A DNA stretch of 64,000 nucleotides from Microthyrium microscopicum (Eukaryota), in assembly GCA_010405405.1 (NCBI GenBank), contig MU004230.1, forward strand, positions 220,627 through 284,626, given 5' to 3'. How positions within the stretch are numbered: the stretch's first letter is position 1; each line of letters begins with the position of its first letter. The position numbers were made by a program, and so were the translations under genes. Below, in pieces: positions 38,448 to 52,370 of the stretch. A model generated the notes under the pieces. The model was given only the letters and a program-made list of their open reading frames with translations. It did not search any database and was not told the DNA's origin.

Positions 38448-40960
38448 ATGCGTTCCTTAACATTATATTCGCTTCTTAGCGCAACAGTCGTTTCCGGCTC
38501 CACAGTCACTAGACGAGACAGTAAGTTCTACTCTCCTCCATCTTCCGGCACAAAAGATTGACCAAAGCCCAGCCAGCGATACAGCTCGAGACTACTCTAA
38601 CCTCCCAAACCCAAAAGGCATATCCTGGACCCAAGCCTACGCCCGCGCCAACGCCTCCCTCGCCCTGCTCTCTAAAGATGAAAAAACCGGCATCGTAACT
38701 GGCACTGGCTGGCAAAAAGGCACCTGCGTAGGCAACACGCGCGCCATTCCCAAGATCAAATACCCCTCCCTCTGCCTCCAAGATGGACCAGTCGGCATTC
38801 GCTACCAAAAGCAAGTCTCCGTGTTTCCTGCCGGTGTCCATGCGGCAAGTACTTGGGATGTGAATCTCATGTACAAGCGTGGATACGCACTGGGCGAGGA
38901 AGCACGCGGCGTGGGCGTACATGTACAGCTGGGACCGGTAGCAGGTCCGCTGGGCAAGATTCCGCATGGTGGTAGGAATTGGGAGGGTTTTAGTCCGGAT
39001 CCATATTTGACGGGTATTGCGATGATGGAAACGATTATGGGGATGCAGGAGGCGGGTGTGCAGGCGAATGCGAAGCATTATATCGGGAATGAGCAGGTAA
39101 GAGCTTACTTATCCACTGTTCGGAAGATTAGGGAAGCTAACGTGGACTGTGTGTATAGGAAGTTTCGCGGACGACAGTCACGTCTAACATTGATGATCGT
39201 ACAATGCATGAGTTGTATTTGTGGCCGTTTGCGGACGCAGTGCAGGCAAATGTGGCGAGTGTGATGTGCTCGTATAACAAGCTCAATGGCACGTGGGCGT
39301 GTGAGAATGAAAAGGTGTTGAAGGGGTTGTTGAAGAGTGAATTGGAGTTCAAGGGATATGTTATGTCCGATTGGGATGCACAGCACACGACGGTGGAAAG
39401 TGCTAATACTGGGTTGGACAGTGAGTTATTTGTCTCATTCGGTGGAAAATGTTGCTAATACAAGGGGCAGTGACTATGCCAGGCTCAGATTTCAATGGTG
39501 GAAATGTCTATTGGGGGAAAACTCTAGCTTCGTCTGTCCCTGGGCGGGTTGCAGAATCAAGACTTGATGATATGGTTCGGAGAGTTTTGGCTTCTTGGTA
39601 CTATCTTGGACAAGATCAAGGGTATCCCACGACTACAGTGAATAGCTGGAAAGGAGGTACTGGAGGACCAAACGTTCAAAAGGACCACAAGGACGTAGCT
39701 CGCGCTGTGGCAAGAGACGGAATCGTTCTTCTTAAGAATGACGATAACATCCTTCCGCTCAAGTCGCCAAAGTCTCTCGCCATTATCGGACAAGATGCGA
39801 TTGTCAATCCCAAGGGCGCCAACGCTTGTGCTGATAGAGGCTGCGATGATGGAACTCTGGCCATGGGTTATGGGTCAGGAACTGCTGAATATCCCGTATG
39901 TGTGACAAAGTTCTCGTTGATGCATCTGCTGATCTAGCATAGTATCTATCCGCGCCACTTGATGCGATCAAGTTAAGGTCAACCAAGGATGGAACTAAAA
40001 TCATAACTTCCACCACAGACAGTACAAGCTCAGGTGCATCTGCTGCCAAACAAGCTGATATCGCCATTGTCTTCATCAACTCCAACGCTGGTGAGCAATA
40101 CGTCAAGGTGGATCCCAACCCTGAAGGCGACCGTATCAACTTGGACCCATGGCACAACGGAAATGATCTCGTTTCAGCAGTCGCAAAGGCTGGAAAGCCA
40201 ATAATCGTCGTTGTTCACAGCGTTGGCCCAATCCTTCTTGAGAAGATCCTTGCTTTGTCCAATGTCAAAGCCATTGTCTGGGCTGGTCTACCAGGACAAG
40301 AAAGCGGCAATTCACTTGCTGATATCCTGTATGGTGATACTGCACCAAATGGCAAACTTCCATACACTATTGCTAAGACCGAGGCCGATTATGGTGTTCA
40401 GGCATCTCAGAACAAGGTCGACAACTTCAAGGAAGGTATCTACATTGATTATCGACACTTTGACAAAGCCAAGATTGAGCCGCGTTATGAGTTTGGCTTT
40501 GGTCTATGTAAGCCCTGTCACAAGCATTTGAGTATACATACTAATCGTGACAGCTTATACCACATTTGACTATGCCAACCTAACACTCAGTGGAGACAAG
40601 AACGTCAAGCGAGACATCCAAGGGCCAAAACCACAATCTACTCTCTACGCATCAACCGGACATCGCATCTCTGCAACAATCACCAACTCCGGAAAAGTAG
40701 CCGGTGCAGAAGTTCCTCAACTCTACTTGTCATTCCCAACGATTGGCGCCGTAGACTTCCCTCCTCAGCAACTAAGAGGTTTCCAGAAGATATTCTTGAA
40801 GCCGGGCGAGAGCAAGAAGGTCACTTTCACCTTGAGGAACAAGGACGTCAGCTATTGGGACATTCGCTCTCAGGACTGGTCGCCTGTAAAGGGCCAGGTC
40901 GGGGTCAAGATTGCGGGTAGTTCGAGGCTAACGGGAGCTTCTAGAATACTTAATCTTTAA
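38448..40960 (+). CDS. Secreted GH3 beta-glucosidase (multi-exon)
   Basis: Signal peptide [52 protein letters not shown] (nucleophile), FGFGLSYTTF, C-terminal Fn3-like [15 protein letters not shown]. Confidence 0.95.
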
Positions 40961-41455
40961 GCGGATTTTCGCGCTGCAATAATGCAAGTAATCGAGATTA
41001 CTTCCAAATGCTTCTTTGGAGTGTTTTATTCTGACAATGCTACGGTCTTTGACTGGACTTAGCACTTCTTTGGTTTCTGGTTGATGCTTGATTGGCAATG
41101 GTGCCTGTCCATATGTGTTGACTTGACTTTGTGGCTAATGTAATGGCATATTATTAGACTCATCGGAGTAAAATGTACCTTCACAATACGTCAACCCTTT
41201 TGAACGTGTAAGCCAAGCCAAGTAACAGCTATCAACCGGGTGACCAAAAAATGGCGCGCTCCCATCAAGTATGATGTCGCCCATCGCGCTTCTTAATAAA
41301 AAGTCACCTGGTTTGCACCGCATTTAATGGGGGATCGAGTTAATATGCATTAAATACCTGAGGAATACAATCCGTTGCAATAGAGCGTAACAAATAGTAG
41401 ACAATATACATCATACGCCCAGTCGGCTATCAAGTAGCGCAGGCTGTCCTCTACT

Positions 41456-42102
41456 CTACTCCGTTACCTCATCGCTCGCCTCATGTCTACGCTTAGCTTC
41501 CATGGGGCCAAATTCGTCGCTCGTCTTATGTTTACGCTCATCATCGAGAGTGAAAGTTGCAACGCTTTGATCCCAAACACACAGCCAAGCATCCAATATC
41601 GTTTCAGATCCTACAAGACTGCCGTAATGCTCGCGATTCTCCGGAAACTCAAAGTCACCACTGAAAGATCCATCAGGGAACTCAAAGGCTCGATCGCGTA
41701 GCTCTACGCATTGTTTCTTTGGCTTCCACGGAACGGCGAGGCCAAAGTGACGACTCATTACGTTGGAGATGGTCTGCTCAATGTGAGAGCGTACTCGCTT
41801 ACACAGCATCAGTTTTCCGAATGCATCCGTACGCTCCGGACCGTTCAGTGTTGGAGTTTGAACGGCAGCTTTGGCATCGTTGGTGGCGCGCATTAGGCGT
41901 TCATGGGCCTGTCGTGCCGTCCATTTGCGCTCGGATGGGTGGTATCTAGCAGATTTGTGTTGTCCCAATTTGTTTGATGGCAGTGATGGGTGGGCTATGA
42001 TTCGGCCTACCATTGCTGGTGCTGGGTTGGAGGTTAGCAGCTGTATATAGATTTAGACAGAGGAGGTATATGGAACCTACCTGCATCTTGGGGGTTCGAC
42101 AT
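41456..42102 (-). CDS. Hypothetical protein (2 exons)
   Basis: 185-codon ORF plus a short in-frame first exon MSNPQDA through a gtaggt...gctaac...cag intron; no recognisable domain. Confidence 0.5.
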
Positions 42103-42945
42103 GGCTAAGAGGTTGTGTCTATAGACTTGACTAAAGATGCTAGTCCGGTGGAAACGTATCAGGGGTCTGTGATGGTGATCACTTCAGACTTGACAAAGTT
42201 CTTATGGTTGGAAGATAGTAAAAGGGGGATGGCGTTACCAAAGTTGCTGAATGTGTTATACGGAAAGGAGAATGGTTTGTCGACTTGTTGAGGTTTGGAA
42301 GACTTGAATATACATCTCAGAAACCATCTGGTAACTATTTCACCTGGCAAAGTCGCAAGGCTTTCACTTGTTGATGCTTTGAGCTGGCAATGCTTTCAGA
42401 TGGCAATGCCTTCACCTAAAAATACCTGATCACCAGTCTTGCTTTGATTGGGAGCTCCACCTGAACTCGTCCAGCATGGAGTTGAGCTCCACGGATTGTA
42501 TTACAGGCGTTAGCTCTGCCAGACTTGCGATTGACAATGAATAAGGTAGTACTAGGAGGTAACGCATATTTGTCCATCGAAAAACATGAACGTTCCCTAT
42601 GGCAAACTATTCACTTGCCTCTGAAGCGTAGCAGATGGTCGCTATCGCACTCGATGGGAGCAGGCCGTTGATTTTGTCATTCAGTTTGTTCAGTATAATG
42701 AAGAAGTAATTGATTGAGCAATCGCAGAATCATAAATGAAATGCAAGGCAGTATACCCTCCAAAGTCTTGCTATTAGAACGCCCACCTTGCTTTCAGGCG
42801 GAGCTTTATTGGATCAGAGGCGAAGGAAACTCCAGCTCTGCAAAACTAAAGAGATGACATTTCTCAAAATGCGACCCAGATACAGCACGCCCAATAATAC
42901 GCTAACACTTCAAACTTAGAAATCCAGGCTTCGTTACTTCTTATC

Positions 42946-43581
42946 TCATCTTTGAATTTCCTTGATACACAGCTCTTGTCCAAACTGCAGTTTATTGCAA
43001 TTCAAACCCGTATTCATACTCTCCAGCTCTTGAACCTGCATGCCCCTTTGAGTGGCAATTGACCAGCAAGTTTCGCCATTCACGACGGAGTGTAGAACCT
43101 GGTTCTCTGCACAATGTAAACTCGGTTTGCTCCCAAAGAATATGCGGCCGCCGCCTAGAAGAAGATATACCCCAAGAAGAAATACGCAGATGATGAGGAC
43201 GAAGGGCGCCATATATCTCCAGGATTCATCTTTATCTGGTACTGAATCGGGTACAGCTTTTGGGCCTCGAGTGCCTGCTACAGTGATTTTTAGTACTTGT
43301 TTTGAGAGAAAAAGAATTGGCATACTAGGATATAATGTGCCATAGCGAGCTCCTGGCGCGCCTTCATAGAAATTGCCTTCTTCATCCTGAAATGTGTAGG
43401 TCTGTGTATCGGCATCGTAGCCTACCCGGCGCATGCCTTCGGGAAGACGCTCCGAGTCCTGTATATTTATGTCAGAAAGCGTTTGGGAAGTAGAGCATGC
43501 GAGCAGGCAGATATATCACGTCAGGCTGTCTAGAGAGGAAGAGACATGGCTTACAGATTCTCGATCGGCCCAACGTCCCAT
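42946..43581 (-). CDS. Single-TM protein with C-terminal LysM (CBM50) domain
   Basis: MGRW...ERLPEGMRRVGYDADTQTYTF N-terminus, TM helix, HSVVNGETCWSIA...MNTGLNCNKLQFGQELCI; two introns. Confidence 0.9.
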
Positions 43582-44184
43582 GATTGTGATATTTGAATAG
43601 TATTGCTCAGGTTGCTTGTGGATTTTTCGAGATGTCAAGCAAGATCAAGCAGAATGGGAGAGAGACTTTATGATTGTAGTCTACAGAAGGAGGTGAAGTT
43701 ACAATGCTATCAGTCAATTAAGGGAGTGGCGCAGCAGCCCTGATAGGACCGTTTGTGACGTTTGTTTCAGAATCAGAATGTGGGAGTGGTTGGAAGCGGC
43801 CCCCAAATTCTTGCTGCGATTCAACTATTGTTATTTTTATATCAGTCGCAAAACGTTGATGAGAGCAAATTTCCAGGATGCTAAAAGAGTTGCTGCCTAC
43901 AATATCCCACGCAAGAACTACCGAACATGCAGCAGATATAGTCGAACTAAGTACCGCGTTGAGGCTCTTAGATCCGAGCTCTTCAATGTCCGAGAAGTCG
44001 GATAAGATAGCTCTATGTACAGCCATCTCATTGGTTGAATTATCCCGATTCCGCGTAAATTCCGCGTGCGAAATAAACGTGTCTCGGCCTTCGGATTTGG
44101 AGCAGGCTCCAGCTCAAACCATAAAACTCTCCATCTGATAAGATACCTTCCCCCTTAATTGTAAATAACTTTTTCCAACCAATT

Positions 44185-47100
44185 TGGGATGGTTAGCAAG
44201 GTTATATTCTACAAATATTTTCTACTCGTAGATTAGCTAAAAGTAGGTTAGGGAGCGTTAGCGCGTAGATTAGGGAATATTAAACTAAGAAAACGTGCCC
44301 TATACAAATTACTCTTATAGGGCTTTTTTAACTATAACCCTGCTATATTTTAATTAAATCTTAGCCAAAAATAGCCTAAAATGGATGCTACTAAAGATAT
44401 TAAGATAGCTGCTAATAGTATTTTAGCGTTATTATTAAACTAGCTTTAAGAAGAAAAGGAATAGGAATAAGATTAGGTAATACTAGTACGTGATTACTAA
44501 CCTCCTATAGAATATCTCTTCTATAACTAGAGTCTTAAAGATAGATTAAATTAAATATATAAAATTAAATATTAGTATACGCTATAGGCTTAGATTAAAG
44601 TAATATCTATAGTACTAATTAGTATATAATAGATTTAAGAAGTATAAAATATAATAGCTAGCAAAGATGTTAGATCTTAAATCTATACCCCTACCTAATT
44701 AAATAATACTACCTAAAAAACTACTATTTCTATTATGTATTATATGCTATAGATTAGCTAAAATCTATACCTATAATAATATCTATTAGTACTTTAGAAG
44801 AAGTAAAACTTATATAAAGTATTACTTTAACGCTATATTAATCTAGCTTTATAATAAGTATACTAATACCCTATTATAATTCTATCCTATTCTTATATTA
44901 TTAAGATATTTTTAATACTTATAAGCTATAAATTATACTAGTAGCGTACCTAAGTTTTAGGGCTAGATTAATAGAATACATATTAATATTTTAAAGCTAG
45001 AGGGCAACTAAATTTAGTAGCAGTTCTATAGTAGTTATTAAGAGAACTATTACATAAAAATATAATATATTGCTATACTTAATAGAATGTTGCTAGCTAT
45101 TAATTATAGCTACTTTAGATCCTTAAATAACCCCTTAATATTAATTAATTTAGCTCTTAAAGATAGAATTTAATAGATATTTAGTAATAGTCTAAAACTA
45201 CTCTTTTATAGTAACGCTATATATCTAATAAATAATATAATTATAGCGCTATACTAGGGTACTAAATTACTATTTTAGTAGTATAATTTTAATCTTAAAT
45301 AGGCGTCCCTTTAAATAGGTATTAAGTAGATGTTTACTATTATAAAGAATACGTAGTAGGAAGGATTATTAGACTATAAGTATAATATATAGATAGGTTT
45401 AATACCTATAGTATATTATTAAATAGTAGTAATATTATTATAAAACTATAGAATGGCTTAATAGTAGAAGAATCTCGTAAAGAGCTAATATACTATTAAA
45501 CTACTAATAATTAATTAGTATTTAAATCTAGGTAGTATATTTAATAGTTAGACACTACTAGAATTATAGGAATAGAATAATTTAAATGATATAAGGTAGT
45601 TATAGTATTAATTAAAGAAGTAGAAGTTATAGAGTAAAGTTAGATAATCTTATTAAAGGAAAGGAAGTTATTAAGATAGGGTTAGCTAATTATTTAACCC
45701 TTTCGTATACTTTTAAAGCTTTTAGTATCTATTATAAGATTTATATAAAAACTATATTCTATCTTTACTACTAAATTATATATAGAACACTAGAATAATC
45801 TTACTAATGCTTATTATCTTAAAGACTTCCTTAATAACTCCTTTATCTCTATTATCTCTAAGCATAATTTATTTACCTTTTCTCTTAAGCCTATAACTTT
45901 ACTTCCTCTATTACTACTACTACTACTACCTTAATTATCTACTTCTTTATTACTATGATAATTATTTCTATCTCTAAGAGCTTTAATTATCTTTTCTAAT
46001 ATCCTTATAATTATCTCTAAAGTATTAGAAATCTTCTTACCCTTTTTACGCTTTACGCGTAGATCTAAAGTAGGATTTCTTTATCTTAGAGTTAAAGTTA
46101 AAAAACTACCTTATAGAGGGGTAGGAATATAAGTATTTAGAGTAGGAACTATAAAATTTAACTATTAGATACTCTCTTTAAGATTAATTACTAATCGTTC
46201 CCTAATAGAAAGATTAAATAATATCTTAATATTATAATTACTATCTAATATAATATTAACTAATAGCGTACTCTTCTCTAAGAACTATTTAGCTATATTA
46301 TTACGCATTTTAAAGCTATCTTCTTTCTTTATCTTCTTAGTATCTATTATTAACTTCTTCTTACCTATAGCCTTCTTGTAGGCTATCTAGATAACCTTAA
46401 ATTAATTAAGAGCTTATTAAAATTTATTAATTAGTATATTATAGCCTAATTTAAGCTATTTAACTTTACTAATTCTTTAATAAATTACTCTCTTTACTAT
46501 GACCTTATAAGCGTTATAGGAAGGGCTCTTTTTAGTTATAATATTCTTCTTCTTTTTAAAAAGGTCTAAAATACCCTACTACTAAGTATACTTCTATTTA
46601 CTAAGGGTATCTTTACTAATACTACTATAGGTATTAATCCTCTCTAAATAGTAGAATACTAGTATTACTAATAGTAGTTATTCCTAGTTTAGGTTAAATT
46701 TCCTTTCCCTATTTAAGAGTACTATTACTAGAGCTATAGAAGTAACTAGTAGTAGGAATTTAATATCTAGTATAGTAGGAACTATATGCTAGCTCTAGCT
46801 TTGTGAGTAGGAATTTAGCAATAAATATAACTCTTGCTAGCTCTAGGTAAGTAATATTAGGATAAACTAATCCCTATATTATAGCATAGTACTATTTTAG
46901 CGTATAGATATATACTAATCCTAGCTCTAAGTATTTTGTAAAGCACGTTAAGTAATATTAGAATTAGGGTCATATCCCTAGGTCTATAACCCTTTAGTAA
47001 ACTACTAAGCTATTACTATTTTAGCTAGGATAAGCCCTAAAATAAGGGCTTAGAGTAATATCCCTCTTATTAATATTGTAGAAGCTAGAATATAGCCCTT

Positions 47101-47506
47101 AAAGCTAAGATTCTTGCTTAGAATCTAGTAGAGGATATAGAATTAAGTCCTCTAGGGAGGGATTAATATTCCTATTATTAAAGTTAAGTATATAGCGTAT
47201 ATTTAAATCTATGCTAACGTTATAGATAGATTTATATAGTATTTTACTACCTATAGTAATATAAGTAGTTTATATAAGTTTACTAAATTTAATAGCCTTA
47301 TAGAGTAACTAAGTATTATTAAGATCTACGCTAAACTAAGCCTCTTTTAGCGTTACTAAACTACTTTAAGGAGAAGATATTAAGGTTATAGCGCTAGACT
47401 TAAGATCTAGCGCTATGATCTTAATATCTTCTTCTAGCTATTTTAAGTTAGTAAACGCTGCTAAAAGGAGAAGATATTTGTAAGATCTCGTTTGCTGACC
47501 ATCCCC
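44185..47506 (+). mobile_element. Full-length RIP-inactivated PIF/Harbinger-superfamily DNA transposon
   Basis: TIRs GGGATGGT(T/C)AGCAA...ACAAATAT(T/C)TTCT at 44186 and ending 47505; ATT on both flanks (44182-84, 47507-09); TpA-saturated interior; DDE_Tnp_4 relic inside. Confidence 0.85.
44946..45524 (+). pseudogene. RIP-mutated DDE_Tnp_4 (HARBI1-like) transposase core
   Basis: One frame; reverting C>T/G>A gives FWGWIDGTHI..KP, FYSGH..H..K.Q.I..PDG, FYGDA.YP, FN..AS.RI.VE..F, EPPTI..YL. Confidence 0.85.
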
Positions 47507-47609
47507 ATTCCCATTCAACCTGTCATCGCCAGCCTTGCCAAGACCGATATCAAAATTGTATACCTGCACCACAACCAGCTTTCGTCTTATATCCCAGGGC
47601 ACCAGCACC

Positions 47610-48780
47610 ATGGCAGCCATAAAAGGCCTCTTCGGCCGTCTAAAAGTCAAAGACACAATTCAATCTCACATCAATCATCATAAGCACGATGATTTCCAAA
47701 AGGCCGCTGATGGCGAATTATTTACAAAGACCGATCCTGCAATTGATGGGGAAGATTGCACGCATGACTGCGGAACTTGTTCGGTGCATCTGCCTAACAA
47801 GTGGTCAATTGACGAGGCAGACCAGTTGTATGGGCACATCAAAGGATTCAATCGACATATCATCGTCGCAACTGGCAAAACTGACTGGGTAAGTTTGCAT
47901 ATACTTTTTTTATATCGGGCGATTTCTAAAGAAGACACAGATCAGAGATGTCGGCGCAATCAAAGGCAGCGTCATGGAAGCAATCGACTCCAACTCCTCC
48001 AGCATTAACAATGGCCGGCTCATGCTCTCAGCCTCCAACATGCCTACCGACTCTTCCCACACCACTTCTGAGGACTCCACGCGGTGTATTCTGCTTCCGG
48101 CCTTTCTATTCATCGACAATGTAACGCCGTCCGCAGTCCCGGATCTCATATCTGGCGTCATCAACAGTACTTCCACAAACGTCACGTCACTCACTGCACC
48201 TTCGCCCAACAATCTGAGCATTCCGGAAGGCCTCACGGTACGGGCCTGTCCACACGACTACCTAATCCTCCTCTGCAGCCACAAAACCCGCGATGCCCGA
48301 TGCGGCCAATCAGCACCACTGATCCGGAAGGAACTGGAGCGCCATCTCCGGCCGCTGGGTTTACTAAGAGATCTGCATGATGAGCGTCCAGGTGGCGTCG
48401 GCATTTACTTCATTAGCCATGTTGGTGGGCACAAGTATTCGGCAAATATGATGATTTATCGGAAGGCTGGTACCAAGGGACTAGAGATACCGGAGCCCAC
48501 GGCTGAGACTGGAGATGCTGGAGCGCAGCCGGTTGGAGTGGAAAAGACGGAGACGAATGGTGGCGTGGGTAATGGGCATGTAGAAGGCCAGGGGAATGGG
48601 TCCGCGAAGAAGGAGAAGGAGGTGATAGATGAAGCAGGCCAGTGCATCTGGCTGGCGCGGATCAAGCCGGAGGATTGTGAGAATATTGTGCGGTATACGA
48701 TCTTGCAAGGCAAAGTAGTGAAGCCAGAAAGTCAGCTAAGAGGCGGTTTCGATCGTTGTAAGCAGTTGGCGAGTTGGTAG
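47610..48780 (+). CDS. Sucrase/ferredoxin-like (Apd1/Aim32 family) 2Fe-2S protein
   Basis: CTHDCGTC, HIIVATGKTDW, LLCSHKTRDARCG, ISHVGGHKYSAN; one intron near 47890-47946. Confidence 0.92.
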
Positions 48781-48815
48781 ACGGGACACAAAGGGATAGA
48801 CATTCCGAGTACATA

Positions 48816-48980
48816 CCGAAAACTTCCATTCAGTCGTGACAAGCTAGCGTGCCTATTTGGGTCGCCGCGCCACTAAATTTAGCGGGCGTCCTTCAAGTTA
48901 GCGATTGGTTGTCCCTAGCAAAATCAAGATCTGACCCAAATAGGCACGCTAGCTTGTCACGACTGAATGGAAGTTTTCGG
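48816..48980. mobile_element. 165-bp MITE (Tc1/mariner-type) with perfect 48-bp TIRs and TA target duplication
   Basis: ta|ccgaaaacttccattcagtcgtgacaagctagcgtgcctatttgggtc ... exact reverse complement at 48933-48980|ta. Confidence 0.97.
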
Positions 48981-49359
48981 TAACTTGAATAGGCGCAAGA
49001 AGTGTTTCAATAATAGACATTTAGAGTCTGCTACATTACAAATTGGTCAAGCCCCCATAAAACACTTTCGGGACTTACAATAAGAAAAGTCCAGCCTACG
49101 ACGCCTAGCCAAGAACTTTCAGATGCAGCATCTAGAGTCACAATGCATCTATTGTACAGGTACATAATCTAGACAAGCAGACCCCGGGAGCTTTTGGTCT
49201 ATCGCCTTTGCTACTTGCTGCATTCAATATTATTAGAAGCGATGGATCCGATCCAAAACCCAGTCAATGCAACCCAACGCCATGCAAATTTCAAAAGCGA
49301 CCCTTGTGCCCATGTTTCGACCGCACAAAAATAACCAGCAAACCTGTACCATAACGAAA

Positions 49360-51023
49360 TCAATGAGTGCCGTTTGTGGCAGCCTTGGGCGCACACATAA
49401 CAATGGAATACTGTCCACCAGCACCCGCCCAGACCGGCGTACCGGCACCTTCAGGAATCTTCATCTCAGTTGGTTCCTTGACCAAATCATCGTCTGCAAC
49501 GCGTTGGCCGCACTGGCTGCTGGCATTGAAGCCCCATGAATATAGCTTGCCGTTCGAAGAAATTGCGATAACATGTTCTGTGCCTGCTGCAGCCCAGATG
49601 CAGTCCTTGACAGAGGTTGGTGTAGGCTCGAGAAGAATGCGTGGCTTGTTACGCTCATACGCAACCAAATCGTCTGGCAGTTTAGTGACATCCATGCCCA
49701 TCTGGCCACCGTCAACACGACCCCAGACCAAACATTCACCATCGTGGGTGACGCCGACTGAGAAGTGAGTGCCGCCCTGAACCATCTTCATGCGAGTACC
49801 GAGGGAGGTGACTTTGTGAGGAGTAGTGATGGTGTTGCCGCCAGTGCCAGCACCTTGCATGATACCGGTTTGCCCAAAGTTGTTGAGACCCCAGGCCCAG
49901 GTGTGGCCCTTCTTATCGATAGCAAAGGCATGGCTGCCACCAGCGTGTACGTAGGTGATCTCAGTACCGCGAGGGAAATGGATGTTGGCGGGTATCAGGC
50001 CGTGCTCTCGAGGAACATGGCGGGTTTTCACGCTACCACGACCAAGCTGGCCTTGCTGATCGTTGCCCCAGGAGTAAACCTTTCCAGCTGTGTCAACGGC
50101 TAGAACGTAGTCACTACCTGCACTGATGCTCTTGATGTTCTTGAGTAAATCTAGATGGAGAGGGCTATGTTGTACTTCGATGACCTTGTTAGTCTTGGAG
50201 TCGACTGTGAACCCGTATTTTCCTTGGGAATCCTATGACCATTAGTGATGAGCTCGAAATAGTTGATCAAGCAATTTACTCGGAAGTGACCCCATCCATA
50301 GACATCTCCTTTCCCAGTAACGACAAAAGTGGCTGTATCTCCAGCTGCGACTTCAGTGATCTTTGTGCCAACAGGGAAAAGATCCGATGGAACTGCAGCC
50401 GGTGTAGCCTCGAGAGGGTTCAAATCGGAGCCGGAGTCGTCATCATCATCAGAATCAGATTCATCACCAATGTCACGCTCAGCACCGGCCCAAACAGTAT
50501 CTCTCCCAAGAGTGTTATCATCATTGGCACCCCATGTCCAGGCTTGCCCTTCAGCCGTCAATGCAGCGTTATGAATACCGCCGCAGCTGAGGCTAACAAC
50601 CCCAACAGCCTTAGGTTCGAGTTTATCGTTTTTTCTCAAGCGTTTGGCGATGCCGGCGCCTTTTCCAACACCAAGTCCAAGCTCGCCTGAATCGCCAGTC
50701 CCACAAACATAAACCTCTAGACGTTGTGTAGGAGCAACATTTATGACTTGTGGTTTCGAGGAAGCTTTTGTGGTGGTAGCTTTAGCAGCCGCCTTTACTG
50801 GAGCTTTCGCTTGAGATTTGGTAGTTTTCGTAGGTTTTGTGTCTTTAACCGCTTTAGTGCCTTTCGCAGCCTTTGTAGGTTCGTCGGATGCTTGAGAAGA
50901 TGTTTTGGCACGTTTGGCAGGCCGTTCGTCGACGTCGGCGTCGTCTACGGGTTTTGTGGTGGCGCGTTTTCGCGGCTCTGGTTTGTCTCGCAGGGGCATA
51001 GCTACAGCTTTTGAACGAGCCAT
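49360..51023 (-). CDS. RCC1-repeat protein (Ran GEF Pim1/Srm1-like)
   Basis: Basic N-terminal tail, repeated GxH...G.VY.WG.N..GQ.G blades, acidic DSDDDDD insert before LNPLEATP; intron near 50234-50280. Confidence 0.92.
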
Positions 51024-52370
51024 TGAATATGAAGAGAAAGTGGTAGATTGAAGGTGGTATGGCACAGAGATGGCGGATGAGAGAAAATTGGATTATCAAT
51101 GAAGCGACAGCAGAAGATGGGCGTTGGAGGATGGAAAAGTGACGGGTTGTAAAAAGTGTTGGCGGCGAATGTCTGATGTGTGTCGGATGTGCTGGTGAAA
51201 GAAATCAGAAGGACCAACCGACTGGTTGAGGCAGGTGCAGGTCTTGGCAACAAACACACAAAGATGGCAGCTGCAAGCCACAGCCAACCAGTCGTGACTT
51301 GCCTTGTTGGACTCACCTCAACATCTCACCACTTTCTGAGACTCTCCTTTTCAGTATTGCCTCCTTTTCTATCATTTTCCTCGTCTATCGACCATTAGTT
51401 TCGTGATATCGACATCTCAGTCTCGCTGAGATCTCTACCCCTTACGAAACTGCCCGCATCTCACCCTAGTTGAATACATGGTTTGCTTGGGCGGTTGCAA
51501 CGGCAACCCCATGATCATTCCTCCAAATGGGTGTTCAGAAATTGAATTTGGCTGAGAGAGTTCTAGATCAACAACTGAAGTAGAGACAGAAACTGTCATT
51601 GTCTTTGTTTGCTTTGATGGCACTTGTTCTCCACCATTGATCAGCAGTAACCTCGAGTGCATCAAAGTTGGTGGTTCCCAACATGTTCTTATATCAGATA
51701 TCAGGCAATCAATTCCCAAGGCAAGATCAGGAACAGCGCCTTAGAACTGGTCTTATAGGCACTTATGTCAATTTGGAAATGCATCGACTCAATCTATGAG
51801 CCCAGCAAGGGCATAACCAAGCCGGCCCTGACACTACTTCTGGATGTCAAATTGACTGCCTGGTGTACTGCTTGCAAACCACACCAGTTACTTCTCGATT
51901 TACCATTGTGCTTTTATCCCACCACATTCGAATTGTCCTTGAGCTTCAATGATCAAGTATAGCACCAGTCATTGGCAGAGAATATGACCACTGTCGACAG
52001 AACAGGTACCAACCATCCTGGGAGTGCGGGCAATCTCAACATATATCTCATACACCCTGCCTCGGCCGCCACATGGCATTATTATCATACTTCTAGAAGC
52101 TATATCATTTCTAGGCACTAACCCTCTACCCAATGGCGGTCAGAGCGCTCTACAACCGTTCGTTCTGCACTCTCTGGTACGTATTGAGGTACACTTTTGA
52201 AATTAATATAGTCAAGTAGCAGCACCGCATATTACATCGCTTACAAAACTCGTATTCAACCACTTTTCATATCTACTCGCAGTTGTGCCGTTGAGTTTCT
52301 GGCTTTTTCTCGTTCTTGTTGTTCTTTCCTCTCGTTATCATACATTCGTTCAAATAGGGGCGCTTTAGCA

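Noticed and set aside
43718..44026. KITIVESQQEFGGR resembling a flavoprotein motif beside the transposon
   Set aside because: No GxGxxG motif precedes it and there is no continuation; too weak to call
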